The notes under the pieces were generated by a model, which saw nothing but the letters and a program-made list of their open reading frames with translations, was not told the DNA's origin and made no database searches. The translations under genes were made by a program, and so were the position numbers. Positions 34,076 through 47,536 of a stretch of 64,000 bases of DNA are shown here, piece after piece. Location of the stretch: contig BQFW01000002.1 of assembly GCA_020891255.1 (NCBI GenBank), positions 186,001 through 250,000 on the forward strand, given 5' to 3'. Source of the DNA: Entomortierella parvispora E1425 (Eukaryota; Fungi; Mortierellomycota). How positions within the stretch are numbered: position 1 is the stretch's first letter; the number at the start of each line of letters is the position of its first letter.

Positions 34076-37000
34076 GGCAGTATGTGTGTTTCAGAGATGA
34101 TCTAGTTGGGATGAGATGAGAAAAAGAGACGATTGCGTGTGAATGGGATGAATGGGAAGAAACAAGGGAGGGAGAGCGAATGGCAGTTGGGTATGACACC
34201 ATCCTCTGCACTAGAGCCAAACGCAAAAACAAGCAAGCGCGCCAGCAGGCACGCAGCAGAGGCCTCTTTTTTTTGGTGTTGCTTTTCAGGGACAGGGCCA
34301 ACAACACACGAACGAAACGCCAACAGACGGCCAAACAGACACACGACAGAAATTAAACACGGCGAAAGAGGGGGAAAGAGGCACACGATGTGGACGGGAC
34401 AAGGTCACGAGGGGTTGTTTGGTGTGGAGGGAAGGCGGGGAGAGCACAGAGTGGCCGGGAGAGGTGAGGCTTTTGGTCGGTTGGATGGCAAGTGAGCTGC
34501 GGTTGGGAATGTGGTACCTGGAAGGACAAGCGAGGGCTGAGGGAATAAGGTGATGATGATGGGGGTATTGGAACAAACGAGTGAGTGACGGAAGGGAGAG
34601 AAGGGGCGGGAGGAAGAAGGATAGAGAGAAAGAGAGAGAGAGAAAGAGAGACAAAGAGTATGCAAGGGAGGAGGGCGAGATAGAAGAGAGAGCTGAAGAG
34701 AAGAAAAGAAAAGAGAAGAAAGAAAAGAAAGGAAGAAAAGAAAAAGAACGACAGAAGGACAAGAAACAACGACGGCGGAAGAGAGAGCAAGAGTTGGGCA
34801 AGAGATGTGATGTGTCAATTAGTTTGCAGTCAAACTGAACCTCGTTCTCTTCCTGGGCAAGAACACGAACCAAATGTGTAAAAATAAAGACCCAGCGCCT
34901 TTCTTCTTCTTTCTCCTCCCCTTCCTCCCTCTCTTTTCTCTCTGTCTCTTTCTAATATGTACGGACCCAACATAAAAAGGACGACGAACGGTTGGAAAAG
35001 TGACCGGCCTTGCCAATGCCCAGTCGGTGACGATCCTTCCTTTTGAATTGTCATTGGTAACAACAAATATTGTTCCGGTTCATGGTGATCACTCTGCAAT
35101 CCTTGTTGCTGTTGACTGTGAGGTAGAAGGGAAGACGGGGTTCCTTTCTTTTCTTTTTTTTTTTTTAAAAAAAAGGGTACAGCCAACAAGGATATACCCT
35201 CGCCTCTGCGGAGAGAAACAGAGCCAAGGGATGGGGATCGGGCTGGGGCATGGACCACGGCGGACACAGTTTGAGCCAGGCAGGAAAGTCAGGAAAGAAC
35301 AGCGGTAAAGGCAATGATGGGGGCAGTAACGAGATAGAGGACGGGAACAACATCATCACCATGCGTTGCCATCATGGTTGTCAACGATGGAAAGATCGCG
35401 ATCGCCTGACGCCTGACGTGGGCAAGTAAGAGGGAGGAGGTGAATCCCCGGAGCAGTGCCACGGACAGTGACCTGGTATCGTCCTCCCCGTCTCTTTCGT
35501 CTAGATAGTCCTGTCTATCACGCACGCTAGCAGCAGGGATCAATTGCCCAAACCAGACACACAGAGCCATCCAAAGTCCTCAATTGCTCTCAACTACACT
35601 GTTTCTTTCCGCCTGCGCGCGATATGAATAGCACGAACGCACACGACCAAATGAAAAATAAAATAGAAGAAACAGCTTTGTGTCGTGTGCATGCCAGGGT
35701 AATAATAAATAGAATTTAGATTATAGCCCGCTCAGACTCCCTTTGGCCCCTGTCGTCTCCTCCACTCTATGCCAAGTGCTGTCTGACCAAATGCAGGTTT
35801 TGCTCATGGGGTGTACAATCCTCGGGTCGTGTTTTTTTTTGGTGTTGCACCAAAAACTTGATCCCAGGATTGGGCGCAAATCTCATGTTCTCCACACTCT
35901 CTGCGCTGCATCGTGATCAAACACGCCACCCGGAAACAACACCCTTTCTTACTACACCTCTCCTCTCTTCAAGGAGACAAAATCTTTACACGACTACCAC
36001 ATACCAGAAGGCGCGCGTGAGCCAGAAAAAAAAGTATCACAACCTGGATCAAGTTCCTGAAAGGTTGGAAGGAAAAAAGGGAGAAAATCCGAAAAAAAAG
36101 TAGGAGGTGGATTGCATTACAACGATAAAAAAACTGAGACTGAAGAGAGAAAGACAGAGTTGATGTTCAGAACACGGGGAGTTTGCACGTCAGTCGTCGG
36201 AGGGTCTGCTCCATCCGTGGTCGACAGGATAGACGTTGAGTGCGCAGATGGATAGAGCTCGGATTGGTAATTGCAGGGCACGCTACAGCAGATATCTGGT
36301 TGACTGGATGAGAAAGTTGGTCCTTACCCTAAAGTTTTAGATTAATTGATCGGGGTGGTGTGAAGGTGTGTGTGGATCGGCGCGAAGAAAGAAGAGAAGA
36401 GTTGTGGACGCGATGCAGATGCAATAATAAATGCAAAAAAGTGAGGCTGGTGGTCAAAGTTGGGTACTTGAGTGCAACGTATAATGTGAAAAAAGGTATG
36501 CTGGGGAGATGCAGGGGACGGTGGGAAGAGGCAGCTAAAGAGGGAAGAGACCAATGCCGGGAGGATGCAATTGGGAGACGAACGAGCGAACAAGAACGGT
36601 GGAGAAAGAGAAGAAAAGAGCAAAAGAAAAAAAAAGAAGAAAGAGGTAGAGCAAAGAAGGAAGCAGGAAAAAAAGAGTGCAGGCGAAACGAGGTATCCTT
36701 AGGAAGATTGTTCGAGGGCTTCGTCTCGACTATTCAAAGGGTCAAAGCGGTCAAAGCCGAGGTTGGTTCATCCTCCAATACGTTAAACCCACCCAACACA
36801 GGGTATGTGACAGGGGAGCCTGGGGCAATCCCTTCGTACTCGTGTATCCTCTCCTCGCACAGGGGATATAGACAATACAAGTAGAGCGATCTTGGCGGCA
36901 AAGTTGTGTCACAGTCGAATGCTCTTCCGCACTGGTCGTATTCACGACGGGATTCCCATCTGCGCTGCTCTTTTTCTCTATTCTGCACTCTTTCCGCGCT

Positions 37001-39760
37001 TCAATCTCATGGCGATCGTGTTCAAATGACCATGGACTCGATTGACTAGCGCGAATTCACGCCAGACTTTTTTCGTGTGCCCCATTCTTGTAAACACAGG
37101 ATGTCCACACCGATCCAATCTGCGCACACGACCAAGGAGAAAGAACCATAAACCAAGTAAACAAAGGGAAAGCTTCGGGGGGTTCAACCAACGAGACCAA
37201 GGAGGTGTCTTCCAGCTCCTTCTATTTTTTGAACAGGAAAAACAAACTCCTTGCTCACTCAGTTTGCTTCTCATAATCCTCCTTGTTTCCTCTCGCCCCC
37301 TCCCTTTATCAGTGTTGCCTTTAAAAAAATGGCAGACGACAACTACATCGGACGAGGCGAAGATGCAGGTGGTTCGGAGGCCAAGCATCAAGGGAGGATA
37401 CCAGCCAATTGGACCATGATTGTGCTGTCATTGCCCGAGAGAAGTAGAGGGAACGCCTGTACCTGTACGCAAAGAGAGACAGGGAGAGCGACGTGAAGGA
37501 GACTGGCGAAAAAGGAACAAAACGGGCTGTGTTCCTGTTATGAAAGGTCAGACAGTTGAAATGTCGCGTTGTCCCCCTTTGGTGTCCTGCGCTTCTTTTT
37601 TTGAGTATGATAAGGCGCTTGTCAATGTTGATCGTGTGAGCATATCTGGACAGGCCCTGAGTCTGACAAAGGAGCAAGTCGAGAGATGGCTAGAGAAAGT
37701 GGGAGTGGAGCGCAAAATGAGGAGTGTTCCTGCCAGGAGAAGCCATGACTATGGTCCGTGCCTTGCTTCGCGTTGTGTATTATCCAACCATCAGGTCTTT
37801 GTCCTCTTTGGAGCCAAGGGGTAATGAATGATGAATGGATGCTACGCCATGTTATATCGCTAGCTCAAACTCAAGATTGACACTGGAAGGACTTGGATAT
37901 CCAAAGGTCATCCAACATTGTTCTTTCATAACATCGACAATTAAGGGTTTCGCATGTCTTCAGCGCGGGTTGCACAGTGCGCAACAACGGCAAAACGTTG
38001 GTGGTGGTTGCAGTACAGTAGGACTTTCCAACGAAAGTTTTCCTCAATTAACTCACGCTGGCTATCTTTGGTGGGTCTCCACTGGTGTTTTTTTTTTTGC
38101 AGGACGTCAAGCATGTGATGCAGTCCAGCGGAACTGCACGGTGCACAGTAGAGACAGGACTTTGGAAGCGAGCGCCAGCAACAAAGAGCACTAGGGATGG
38201 TGTTAGTCCCCTCTACAACTCTATATAGTAACTGCAGTCATTGGCTGCTGACAGTGGATGGAGTAAGCTGGTAATCGCAAGCAAGCAACGCAGTTATGAA
38301 AAAAGTTCAGAAATATGAGCGGAGAATGGGATATGGTTACGATGGCGGGGAGCAGGGCGCCACAGAGATGAAGAGCCTGGTCGCTCATCGCACGACGTTT
38401 GTGCCGTTTCTTTTATTTCAAAGTGGGCCCGGCTGGTTGGGACAGTACGTGAGGTCAACGTCTTGACTTCAAGAACCGACGCAATCCCACGTCCAGAGTG
38501 GACCGTACTCAAGACAACTCCTCGCTGCCCAACATTTCATTCGACAACTGTGAGTGTGGAGGGTATTGCAATATACACCGGCGCTGAAGTTATCAGGGTG
38601 GAACCCGACGTTGTTCAGTGGGGTTCAAATGCCAATGTACACCGCTGCTTGGTAGTCCCTGCAGCTGGGGCCTTTATTGTCTTTATTTTTGTTTGTTATC
38701 CAGCAGCGCGTCAGCAAGGACGGTCGTTGTATATTGAGGATACCTGTGGCAGTCAAGAGCCAAGAGAGCCATCCGAGGAGGAAATCGCATTTCTCAGCGT
38801 TTATCCGCCAGCTTTATTTCCGAGAATGCGAACAAAACGCCTCATGGGAGGAAGGCAATATAATTCATTTGGTTCCAGCAAGTGCAGTGGGACTGAGCAC
38901 AAAAAGAGAAAAGAACGGCTCTTCAGCTTCCTGCCCATCTTTGGGTTGCAGCCCAGTCCAAAAGACGGTGGGAGGAAGGGCAAAAGTCAGCTCGATTCAT
39001 GGTCAGACAGACAAAATAGAAGGAAAGCCAGTGCTCAAACACGATGGAAGAGAGAGCTCTCAATTCTTTGTCAAGTCTACCTGCAATGGCACGTCAGGAC
39101 AGCCTGCAAAAGAAGAATGATTATCCAAAGTGCCCTTGGTTACACACATGGTGTGCGGGCATGGTTCGACTGGCAGCGAGAAGACAGGGCGATATGAGAG
39201 AGATGAGCAAGGCCGTTGCACAGGCACGGCACCTTGATGAAATTGTTGCAAGCAGCGTCGCACAAGTAATAGAACAACAGACAAGAGGCAGCCATCCACG
39301 ACTGAACAACGGCAAGAACCAAGAGGAGAGACAAGAACAGCGACAGGCAATCGATGCTGCCATCGCCATCTTCAGCGGAACAGAAGAAAAGAAAAAAAAA
39401 AAAAAAAAAAGAGCGAAAGTGAAGGTGGATCGCGGTGCTTGATAGGTACGTCCTGTGCCCTGTGGGATTGAATTGCGGCCCTTCTTTCCTTCGACCATAA
39501 ATCCTACCTGTCTTCGACCGCTTTTTCTCTCTTTCCTCTTCTTCTTTGTCCGTTGATCCTTCCCCCTTCCCCTTCCACGCCTCGCTCTTCTCGGTGTGTC
39601 CTTCCACCCTCTCCTTCTCCTTGTCCTTCCTAACCGCCTCTCTCTCTCATTGTAACGACCCAACAGTTCCTGGATTCCCCTCCCCTCCCATTCAAAACTG
39701 AACCCCAGAAACACAATCTCAATCTCCTCCACATTCTAGTCTCAATCACATTGCATCGAC

Positions 39761-41179
39761 ATGTCCGACACCGCCACTGTTGTCATTGCCCCTGAGCACG
39801 ACCGCGTCGTCTACAAGACCTACAAGAGGCGTTACATTGGCCTCTTTGCCGTTGTTCTCCTCAATATTTCAACTGGATTTGTCTGGTTGACATATTCGTC
39901 TGTTCCCGATGCTGCTACTGCCTACTTGGACTGCGATACTGACACTGTCAACCTGACGACGATCTTGTACTTTGTCGCCTTCCTCATCATGAGTCCTGTC
40001 TCGGGATGGATGTTTGAGCGCCACGGCATCAAGCGCTCGTTGCTCTTTGGAGCCACCATCCAGCTCGTCGGCGCTTTCCTCCGTTATTTCGCCAACTTCA
40101 TCGCTTCTTCCCCTGGCCACAACGGTGGCCGTCTGGCCCTCACCCTTGTTGGTCAGATCATTGCTGCTGCTGCCCAGCCCTTCTTCCTGAACGTGCCCCC
40201 CAAGTTTGCTGCGGTCTGGTTCTCTGAGAATGGTCGCACCACCGCCACCATGATTGGTTCCGTCTCCAATGCTTTTGCTGCTGCCTTGGCCCAGCTCATC
40301 ATTCCCGTCATTACCACCGACAAGGACTCGATGTCGACCTCGGTCCTGACCTGCGCCATCCTCTCGGTCGTTGCGTTTATCCCCGTCTTGCTCATGGCTG
40401 ATCGTCCCCCTACCCCTCCCTCGCCTTCAGCCGCCGAGGCCCTGTTGGAGACTTCGGAAGAACCCTTCTGGACCAGTCTCAAGAAGGTTGGCTCCAACAA
40501 GCAGTTCCTCATCCTCATGTTCATTTTTGGCACCTTTGTCGGTTTCTTCAACGCCTTCTCGTCGCTCATCACCCAGTTTACTGCCCCTTACGGTTATACG
40601 TCGAGCGAGGGCGGTTACTTTGGTGCTGCCATGATCGTCGCAGGTCTCATCGGTGCCGGTGTTTCGGGCCCCTATATTGATCGCACCAAGCAGTTCAAGA
40701 GCCTGTGCAAGATCTTTGTCCCTATTGCAACAGTCTTTTATATCATCTTTGTCTTTGTGGTCCGCAAGGACTTTTTTGGAGGAATCATTGCAGTTTCTGC
40801 CCTTCTGGGGTTGTTCTCCTTCGCTCTTTTGCCCGTCATCCTTGAGCTGGGTGTCGAATGTACCTACCCAGTCACCCCTGCATCTTCGACCTCGCTCCTC
40901 TGGACTTCAGGACAGTTCTTTGCCGTCATTTTCCTGTTGATTCTTGGCCGGCTCCAGAACAACGAGAAGTCGGAAGAGACTGGCATCAACCCTCCATTGA
41001 TCTTTATCGCTGTTTGGTGCGTTCTCGCTACCATCCCCATCTACTTTTTCACGAGCCCCTACCTCCGTATGGAGGCCGAGCAGCGCTCGCACAGAAATGA
41101 GGACGGATTGGCCCAGCCCAAGGAAGTCCTGAACGAGAAGGCTGAATACCACGATGTCAGCCTTGAAGAGTCCAAGTAG
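39761..41179 (+). CDS. MFS transporter, FLVCR/SLC49-like, intronless
   Basis: 472-aa ORF with ~12 hydrophobic helices; YKTYKRRYIGLF, GQIIAAAAQPFFLNVPPKFAAVWFSENGRTTAT, LELGVECTYP. Confidence 0.88.
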   Translation: MSDTATVVIAPEHDRVVYKTYKRRYIGLFAVVLLNISTGFVWLTYSSVPDAATAYLDCDTDTVNLTTILYFVAFLIMSPVSGWMFERHGIKRSLLFGATIQLVGAFLRYFANFIASSPGHNGGRLALTLVGQIIAAAAQPFFLNVPPKFAAVWFSENGRTTATMIGSVSNAFAAALAQLIIPVITTDKDSMSTSVLTCAILSVVAFIPVLLMADRPPTPPSPSAAEALLETSEEPFWTSLKKVGSNKQFLILMFIFGTFVGFFNAFSSLITQFTAPYGYTSSEGGYFGAAMIVAGLIGAGVSGPYIDRTKQFKSLCKIFVPIATVFYIIFVFVVRKDFFGGIIAVSALLGLFSFALLPVILELGVECTYPVTPASSTSLLWTSGQFFAVIFLLILGRLQNNEKSEETGINPPLIFIAVWCVLATIPIYFFTSPYLRMEAEQRSHRNEDGLAQPKEVLNEKAEYHDVSLEESK

Positions 41180-41715
41180 ATTGTTTCCTCGCTTGTACCC
41201 CTAGCTTCAACCTCTCTGTCGTCGACATATACCATATTTTCGTCGTAGATACCAACAACGCAGGCTTCAATCATCAACCTAGAGCCAAAGAGCCAATAAA
41301 TATCCAATTAGAGGTACATGCAGTGCAATTGCGCGGATAGCATAGAACGCGCGAGGATGATGACAAAGGTATTTCTCGCCCGTAGAAAGAGAGGGAGTAC
41401 AACAGATGTAGGTTCAGCCAGGGAAACCTGTTTGAAATGAAGACGTCGGGTCGAAGGATTTCCCTTTTTCTGGCCCAGACGCACACAAGTCACGTTACTC
41501 GTCCACCTCACCCTCTCTGGCTGACGGCAGTTCCTTTTTTTTTTTTTTTTTTTTTTTTTCTTGTTGCATTGCATCCCTTTCAACCCACGCCAGTCGCCTT
41601 CACCCGCATCTCCTCTTTTCCTCTCCTTGCACCTGCTCGTCGACCTCTCAGTCTCGGCCACTTGCATTCTTCCAGAACAGTATCATCCTCACATCCTTTC
41701 CACTGCGCAGGAGAA

Positions 41716-43660
41716 ATGTCGGAAGCAAAAACTAGGAAACCCGCCAGTAAATTACCAAAATTGTTGCTCTTTGCCTTCTTCCATTCTCCCATTCGACTCG
41801 TTCGCAGACTCGCCCTGCATTTATTTCGCAGAGCAGGTGCCATCTGCAAAGTCAGCCATGCGGGGGAAGGGCGCATTGATGCTTGCTGCAACAAAAGACC
41901 TGGTTTATTCACATCATGTCTCTGTTTCCGCTCTTTAAATAGACACGGCCTTCAAGCAGCAGCGCCTGAAGGCCTGGCAGCCCATCCTGACCCCAAAGAC
42001 TGTGGTGCCCACCTTCATTCTTGTCGGCATCCTCTTTCCCTCTATTGGAGGACTCCTGCTCTGGGCCAGTGACACGGTAAATACTTGCTTGAGAGTCCCT
42101 TTTTTCCCCTAAACTTTTGGCTCAAGCCCTGTGAATGGTATCACCTGGCAGGCAACATGGCAGTTATGAAGTGAAGGGCCGACAACCGCTGACATCAGAC
42201 ATTAGGGCGAGTCACTCATCAGTGACAGGCACAAAAGGAGAAATAAGACTGACGAAAACGTGGACGAGGCAAGGACAGCAGCAGGACCTGGAGCAGGAGC
42301 GAGAGCAATGGCAGGAGCAGTGGCATTGTTCCTGGCTGTTTTATTGCTTCTTTCCTGCGATTCCATTTTTATCGTCGGCGAGGGCTGTTCCGTGCTCCGG
42401 TGTTATTGCATTCAGCCAGCTCACAATGTCGATTTGCACCACGCAACTCTAGGTCGCCGAGATTGTGATTGACTATACCAAGTGCGATAAGGCCACACCC
42501 AACTATACGCCCATCCCTCAGGACTCGTACTCTGTCAACTTCCCTGGCTCATCCAGCAGCGGAAGCCCACCAGAGTTCAAGGCTGTTCAGGCTGTTGGGA
42601 CCGCTAACAAGGTGTCTTGGTCTATGACAAAGTGCACCGTGAAGATTGATATTCCCGTCAAGATGAAGCACCCTGTCTTTGTGTACTACCGCTTGTCCAA
42701 CTTTTACCAGAACCACCGTCGTTATGTCAAAAGTCTGGATGCAAAGCAGCTTTCAGGAGTAGCCCGCACTGCAGCTGACCTTAAGGGAGGCGGATGCGAC
42801 CCCTTGTCGATCGTGACCGAGAATGGTGTCCAATACCCCATCTACCCTTGTGGACTCATCGCCAACTCGATTTTCAATGGTGAGCGAGCACGGCAGCAGC
42901 AGCGACAATTGTCATGGCAAGCGTTGGTCACTTTGAGAATAATTGCTAATCTTTCAAGCGTTGTCACTCTGACTCTCTAGACACCTTGGCCCTATTCCTC
43001 AACCCGTTCGACAACACGACCAACGCCAACAAACCATACATCCTCACGGACACTGGCATTTCATGGGCGAGTGACGCGAAAAAGTACGGAGTGCAAACAT
43101 ACACAAACCTCACCCAAGTACGACCTCCACCCAACTGGTTTCAATATTCGCAGGGATACTCGGCGGCGTCGCCTCCTCCTGATATCAGCAAAGACGAGCA
43201 CTTCCAGGTTTGGATGCGAACAGCAGGTTTGCCCAACTTCCGCAAGCTTTACTCCAAGAATGAGCAGGATGATTTGCTCCCGGGAACCTACACCATTGAC
43301 ATTGATATGAGTAAGTGATTCTTGGCTTGTCAAGGGTTGAAATGTTTGAGGGTAACGGGATAAATATCTAACTCCCTTCCATCTCTAGACTATAACGTGA
43401 GCTCGTATGGTGGCACGAAATCGCTGGTGATCTCGACTGTGTCCTTCATGGGTGGCCGCAACCCTTTCTTGGGTGTTGCGTATGTGGTTGTCGGAGTGTT
43501 GTGTGTGCTGTTGGGTGTGCTGTTCATTGCGCGCCACTTGTACAAGCCCCGTCGTTTGGGTGATCACACATACCTTTCTTGGAACCAGAACGCTGCTTCA
43601 GGAGCGGCAGCCAACTCTGCATCGACCGCCACAGCGACTGGTGCCAGTGCGCGGTACTAA
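41716..43660 (+). CDS. CDC50: CDC50/LEM3 family P4-ATPase flippase beta subunit
   Basis: Exons 41716-41746, 41943-42076, 42453-42879, 42981-43310, 43389-43660. KPANTAFKQQRLKAWQPILTP, YYRLSNFYQNHRRYVKS, YPCGLIANSIFND, EHFQVWMRTAGLPNFRKLY, GGRNPFLG. Confidence 0.96.
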
Positions 43661-44064
43661 ACATTTTGTTCTATACTTTCTATTCCAAACACGACTCTTT
43701 TCTGTCCAAACCTGAAGTTACCTGTCCCTGGCCCCATCAGAGCAGAGGAGAGCAGAGAAGATCAGTGCTTCAACAGTTTTCATCAAGTACATCAATAAAG
43801 CATCAATACCTCAATGGCTTCGACCCCAAAAGAACGTGTTCGGGTTCAGCTCAAAGAGACATCGAAAAAAAAAGAAAAAAACGACGTCACGTCAAGCAGC
43901 AGCTTTTTTCCCCACGAAGTCGCGTCTTCGTCCGATTTCTTCTCTTCTCTTCTCTTTCTTCTTTAACCACACCAACGCCTCCTTTCGTCCCTTCTTGGAT
44001 TCACTCGAAAGAACCCATCACCATTCTCTCCGTTCAGCGACTCAGCCAAATCACACGCCACATC

Positions 44065-45818
44065 ATGTCCAACAAACTCTCAGAGAAGCTCGTCATCACC
44101 CAGGTCGACTTCCACGGCAAGAGGGTCTTGATGCGGTAAATGGAGCGAGATCTCGTTTTTGTCTTTTTTTTTTTGTAGATAATGAACCCCGTTCTGACTG
44201 ACAGTCGGCCATCCTCCTTTTCTTCTGGTCTCATAGTGTCGACTTTAACGTTCCCTTTGCCGATGGCAAGATCTCCAACAATGCCCGCATTGTTGCTGCC
44301 ATTCCCAGCATCAAGTACGCCCTGGACAACGGTAAAGAAATGAACAAGGTTGCTGCTCCGGTCCTGCTCCCCGTAGCCCACCAGAAGAGGCCTGTCATAT
44401 GATTTAGTGTCTGCTTTGGTCTGCTCCGTGGGACGCGATATTTTGATCCGGGAACCAGAAGAAGATGACTGAAGAGGCTCTATCAATTGCTCAACGACTT
44501 TTTACCCTAACATCCGTCTTTTTTCTCGTTCTTTCGGTCTCTTTCTCGTGTAGGTGCTGCTTCCGTTGTCTTGATGAGCCATCTCGGTCGCCCTGATGGC
44601 AAGAAGGTCGAGAAGTACAGCTTGGCCCCCGTCGCCAAGGAGTTGTCGACCCTTCTCCACAAGGATGTCGAGTTCCTCGATGACTGCGTCGGCGAGAAGG
44701 TCGAGGCTGTTTGCGCCTCTGCCAAGGATGGCAAGGTCATCCTTCTTGAGAACTTGCGCTTCCACATTGAGGAGGAAGGAAAGGTCAAGGATAAGGAGGG
44801 CAATGTCACCAAGGCCTCGGAGGCTGATATCAAGAAGTTCCGCGATTCGCTTTCCAAGCTCGGAGATGTGTATGTCAACGATGCCTTTGGTACCGCTCAC
44901 CGTGCCCACTCTTCCGTTGTCGGCATTGACTTGCCCGTCCGTGCTGCTGGTCTTTTGATGACCAAGGAACTCCAGTTCTTTGCCCAGGTCTTGGAGGAGC
45001 CCAAGAAGCCCTTCCTGGCCATCTTGGGAGGCGCCAAGGTCTCTGACAAGATCCAGTTGATCGAGAACTTGATGGACAAGGTTGATGCCATGATCATTGG
45101 AGGAGGAATGGCCTTCACCTTCAAGAAGACCCTCGAGAACGTCAAGGTAAGAGAGGCGCAAAAAAAAAAAAAAAAAAAGAGATCTCGCGTTTTGGGGGAG
45201 TGAGGGGTCAAAGCCACAGGGCCTCCTCAACAAAAAAAAAAAAAGACTTCTTATCAGAGAGATCCATGTTCCTTATCACATTCTAACGTTTTCGTCTTGA
45301 TCTTATCTTTTCTATAGATTGGCAACTCTCTCTTTGACAAGGACGGTGCCGCTATTGTTCAAAAGTTGGTCGACACTGCCAAGGCCAAGGGCGTCAAGCT
45401 CTACTTGCCCGTTGATTACATCACTGCCGACAGCTTCTCGGCCACTGCCAAGACTGGTTACGCCACTGACGAGACCGGTATTCCCGATGGATGGTTGGGA
45501 CTCGACTGCGGCCCCAAGTCCAACAAGATCTTCACCGAGGCCATCTTGAGCGCCAAGACCATTCTCTGGAACGGACCCGCTGGTGTCTTTGAGTTTGATG
45601 CCTTTGCTGAGGGCACCAAGGCTGCTATGGAGGCTGTTGTCAAGGCCACCGACAACGGTGCTATCTCGATCGTCGGAGGTGGTGATACCGCCACTGCTGT
45701 CGCCAAGTGGCACATGGAGAGCCGTATCTCCCACGTCTCCACCGGTGGTGGAGCTTCCTTGGAGCTCTTGGAGGGCAAGAACTTGCCCGGTGTCGCTGCT
45801 CTTTCCCTCAAGCAGTAA
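44065..45818 (+). CDS. PGK1: Phosphoglycerate kinase
   Basis: Exons 44065-44135, 44237-44331, 44554-45146, 45318-45818 (419 aa). [62 protein letters not shown]. Confidence 0.98.
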
Positions 45819-45957
45819 AAAGACGGTCAGGAAAACAAAACAAAACAAAAAAATCGATATCATGTACATAAAACTGTTTTCAATAAAAACAGATACAAAT
45901 GAAAAATCCTTCTCCATGAACCTGCAAGAGTTGATTTGTCGTGTTTTATTTTTTATT

Positions 45958-47316
45958 TTACTGTTGCTGATGACTGGAAGCAAGAATGTGGTCGACAGCA
46001 GCCGGGAAATCTGCAAATGTGCCATCGAGACCTCCAAAGACATCCCGATCTTCATCTCGAGCCCTGTATTTGCCAGTTCGGACCAAGAAGCGGGTCAGAC
46101 CCAGCTCTGCTGCACCTCCACCCAGATCCTGTTCAACATCATCGCCAATCATGACGATCGATTGGGTCGTCGGATCCCGACTTTGTGAGGATTCTTTAGA
46201 AGCAGCAGCGGCGGTCGTCGTTGAGGTTGAAGGCGAGGCAATGTTCAGCTTTTCGATGGCCAACTCGAAGAATGCCTTTTGGGGCTATTCAAAAGAAAAG
46301 AGACATTATTGGTTAGAATGAACTCATTGAGGACAGGGGCGATGATATAGGGTCATTATGAACTAATGGATGGAAGGGTGAGATACCTTGCCCACAACAT
46401 GAGCCTTGACTCCTGAGGCAAATTCGAGGGCTTCAACGAAACCTCCAGGACCCATGGACAATTGTCCCGGTTCAGATGCGAAGTATTTGGCCTTGTGAAC
46501 AGCGATCAGCGATGCAGGCTTGCTGTTGGATTGGACGAGAATCCTGAAGGCCTTGTCGAGCTTTTTTGGTTCCCAAAAAAAAAAAAAAAAGAAGTCAATT
46601 TCCGTCGAGTGAAAGGGACAAAACCCATCTTCCTGCGGTGACTAACCATGTCGTAATGGAAGCTGGATGGCGACAATCCGACTACAACCGAGTCATGAGG
46701 TTCTGATAGAGGAATCCCTTCAAATTCCTGGATCGCATCCGGTTCAAATAAGAGCAATGGCCTATGGGAGGGAAAGAGGTGTATAGGTTAGATCGCGTGC
46801 ATCTTGATGCCGTCAGAGATGGGTATATCCCTTGCTGTGCTGGCCATCCCTGGTTCCCTGAAGCGCCTTTACCTCAAACCTCGAGAGCTGACGAGCTGCC
46901 GACAGGCCGACAACGAAGTGAAGATCTAATCATAGTAACATCATTTTAGGAGTCAGATTCTTTGTCCAACAGACAGCCTAAAAACCCATCTTCCATGAAC
47001 TATAGTACCTCATCTCTCTTGACATTGAATCCTAGTCCTCGCAACTTGCTCGCCAGAGTCTCTCCTGAAGACTGGGTCGTGTTTGTGCAAAACAAGAACT
47101 AAAAGGGACGAAATCAATCATATTAGTCAAAAAACAAAAAAAAGAAAGGCGCGTCGTTTTCACTCTTCTTTCCATCTTTCTCGTTCAGTCGCCTCTTACT
47201 GGTATCCCACTCTGACGAAGTCGCGCCAAGGCCTCCACAGCACCCGGGATCGCCTTGTCGCCTACGTGCACTGTGCCCGAGAGGTCAATAAGCACGCCAC
47301 GAATCGCTGGACACAT
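45958..47316 (-). CDS. HDHD2: HAD-family class IIA hydrolase (HDHD2/LHPP-like)
   Basis: Six frame-consistent exons: 47316-47200, 47098-47009, 46925-46873, 46761-46647, 46560-46387, 46284-45958. [49 protein letters not shown]. Confidence 0.9.
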
Positions 47317-47536
47317 TTTTTGCATGTGTGTTTTCGTATTCCGAATGAAGTGGAGTTAGAGGCGGCAAGACGGGGCAAAGACAGATTCGAGCCTTGGAAG
47401 CGTTTGGTGTAATCTTTATTGTCTTTGTGAATGAATGAATGAATGCTGAGACGGATGAAGAAATGCATGCGATCGACTCCATCCTCGAAACAGCGCGCCG
47501 ATCACGTGCGACATGATTTTTCAGAGGACTCATTTT

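Noticed and set aside
34286-34873. Long Ser/Leu/Phe- or Arg/Glu/Lys-rich ORFs in GA/CT-rich intergenic DNA (also ~19868-20563, 36360-36884, 57298-57639)
   Set aside because: Translations of polypurine/polypyrimidine promoter tracts.
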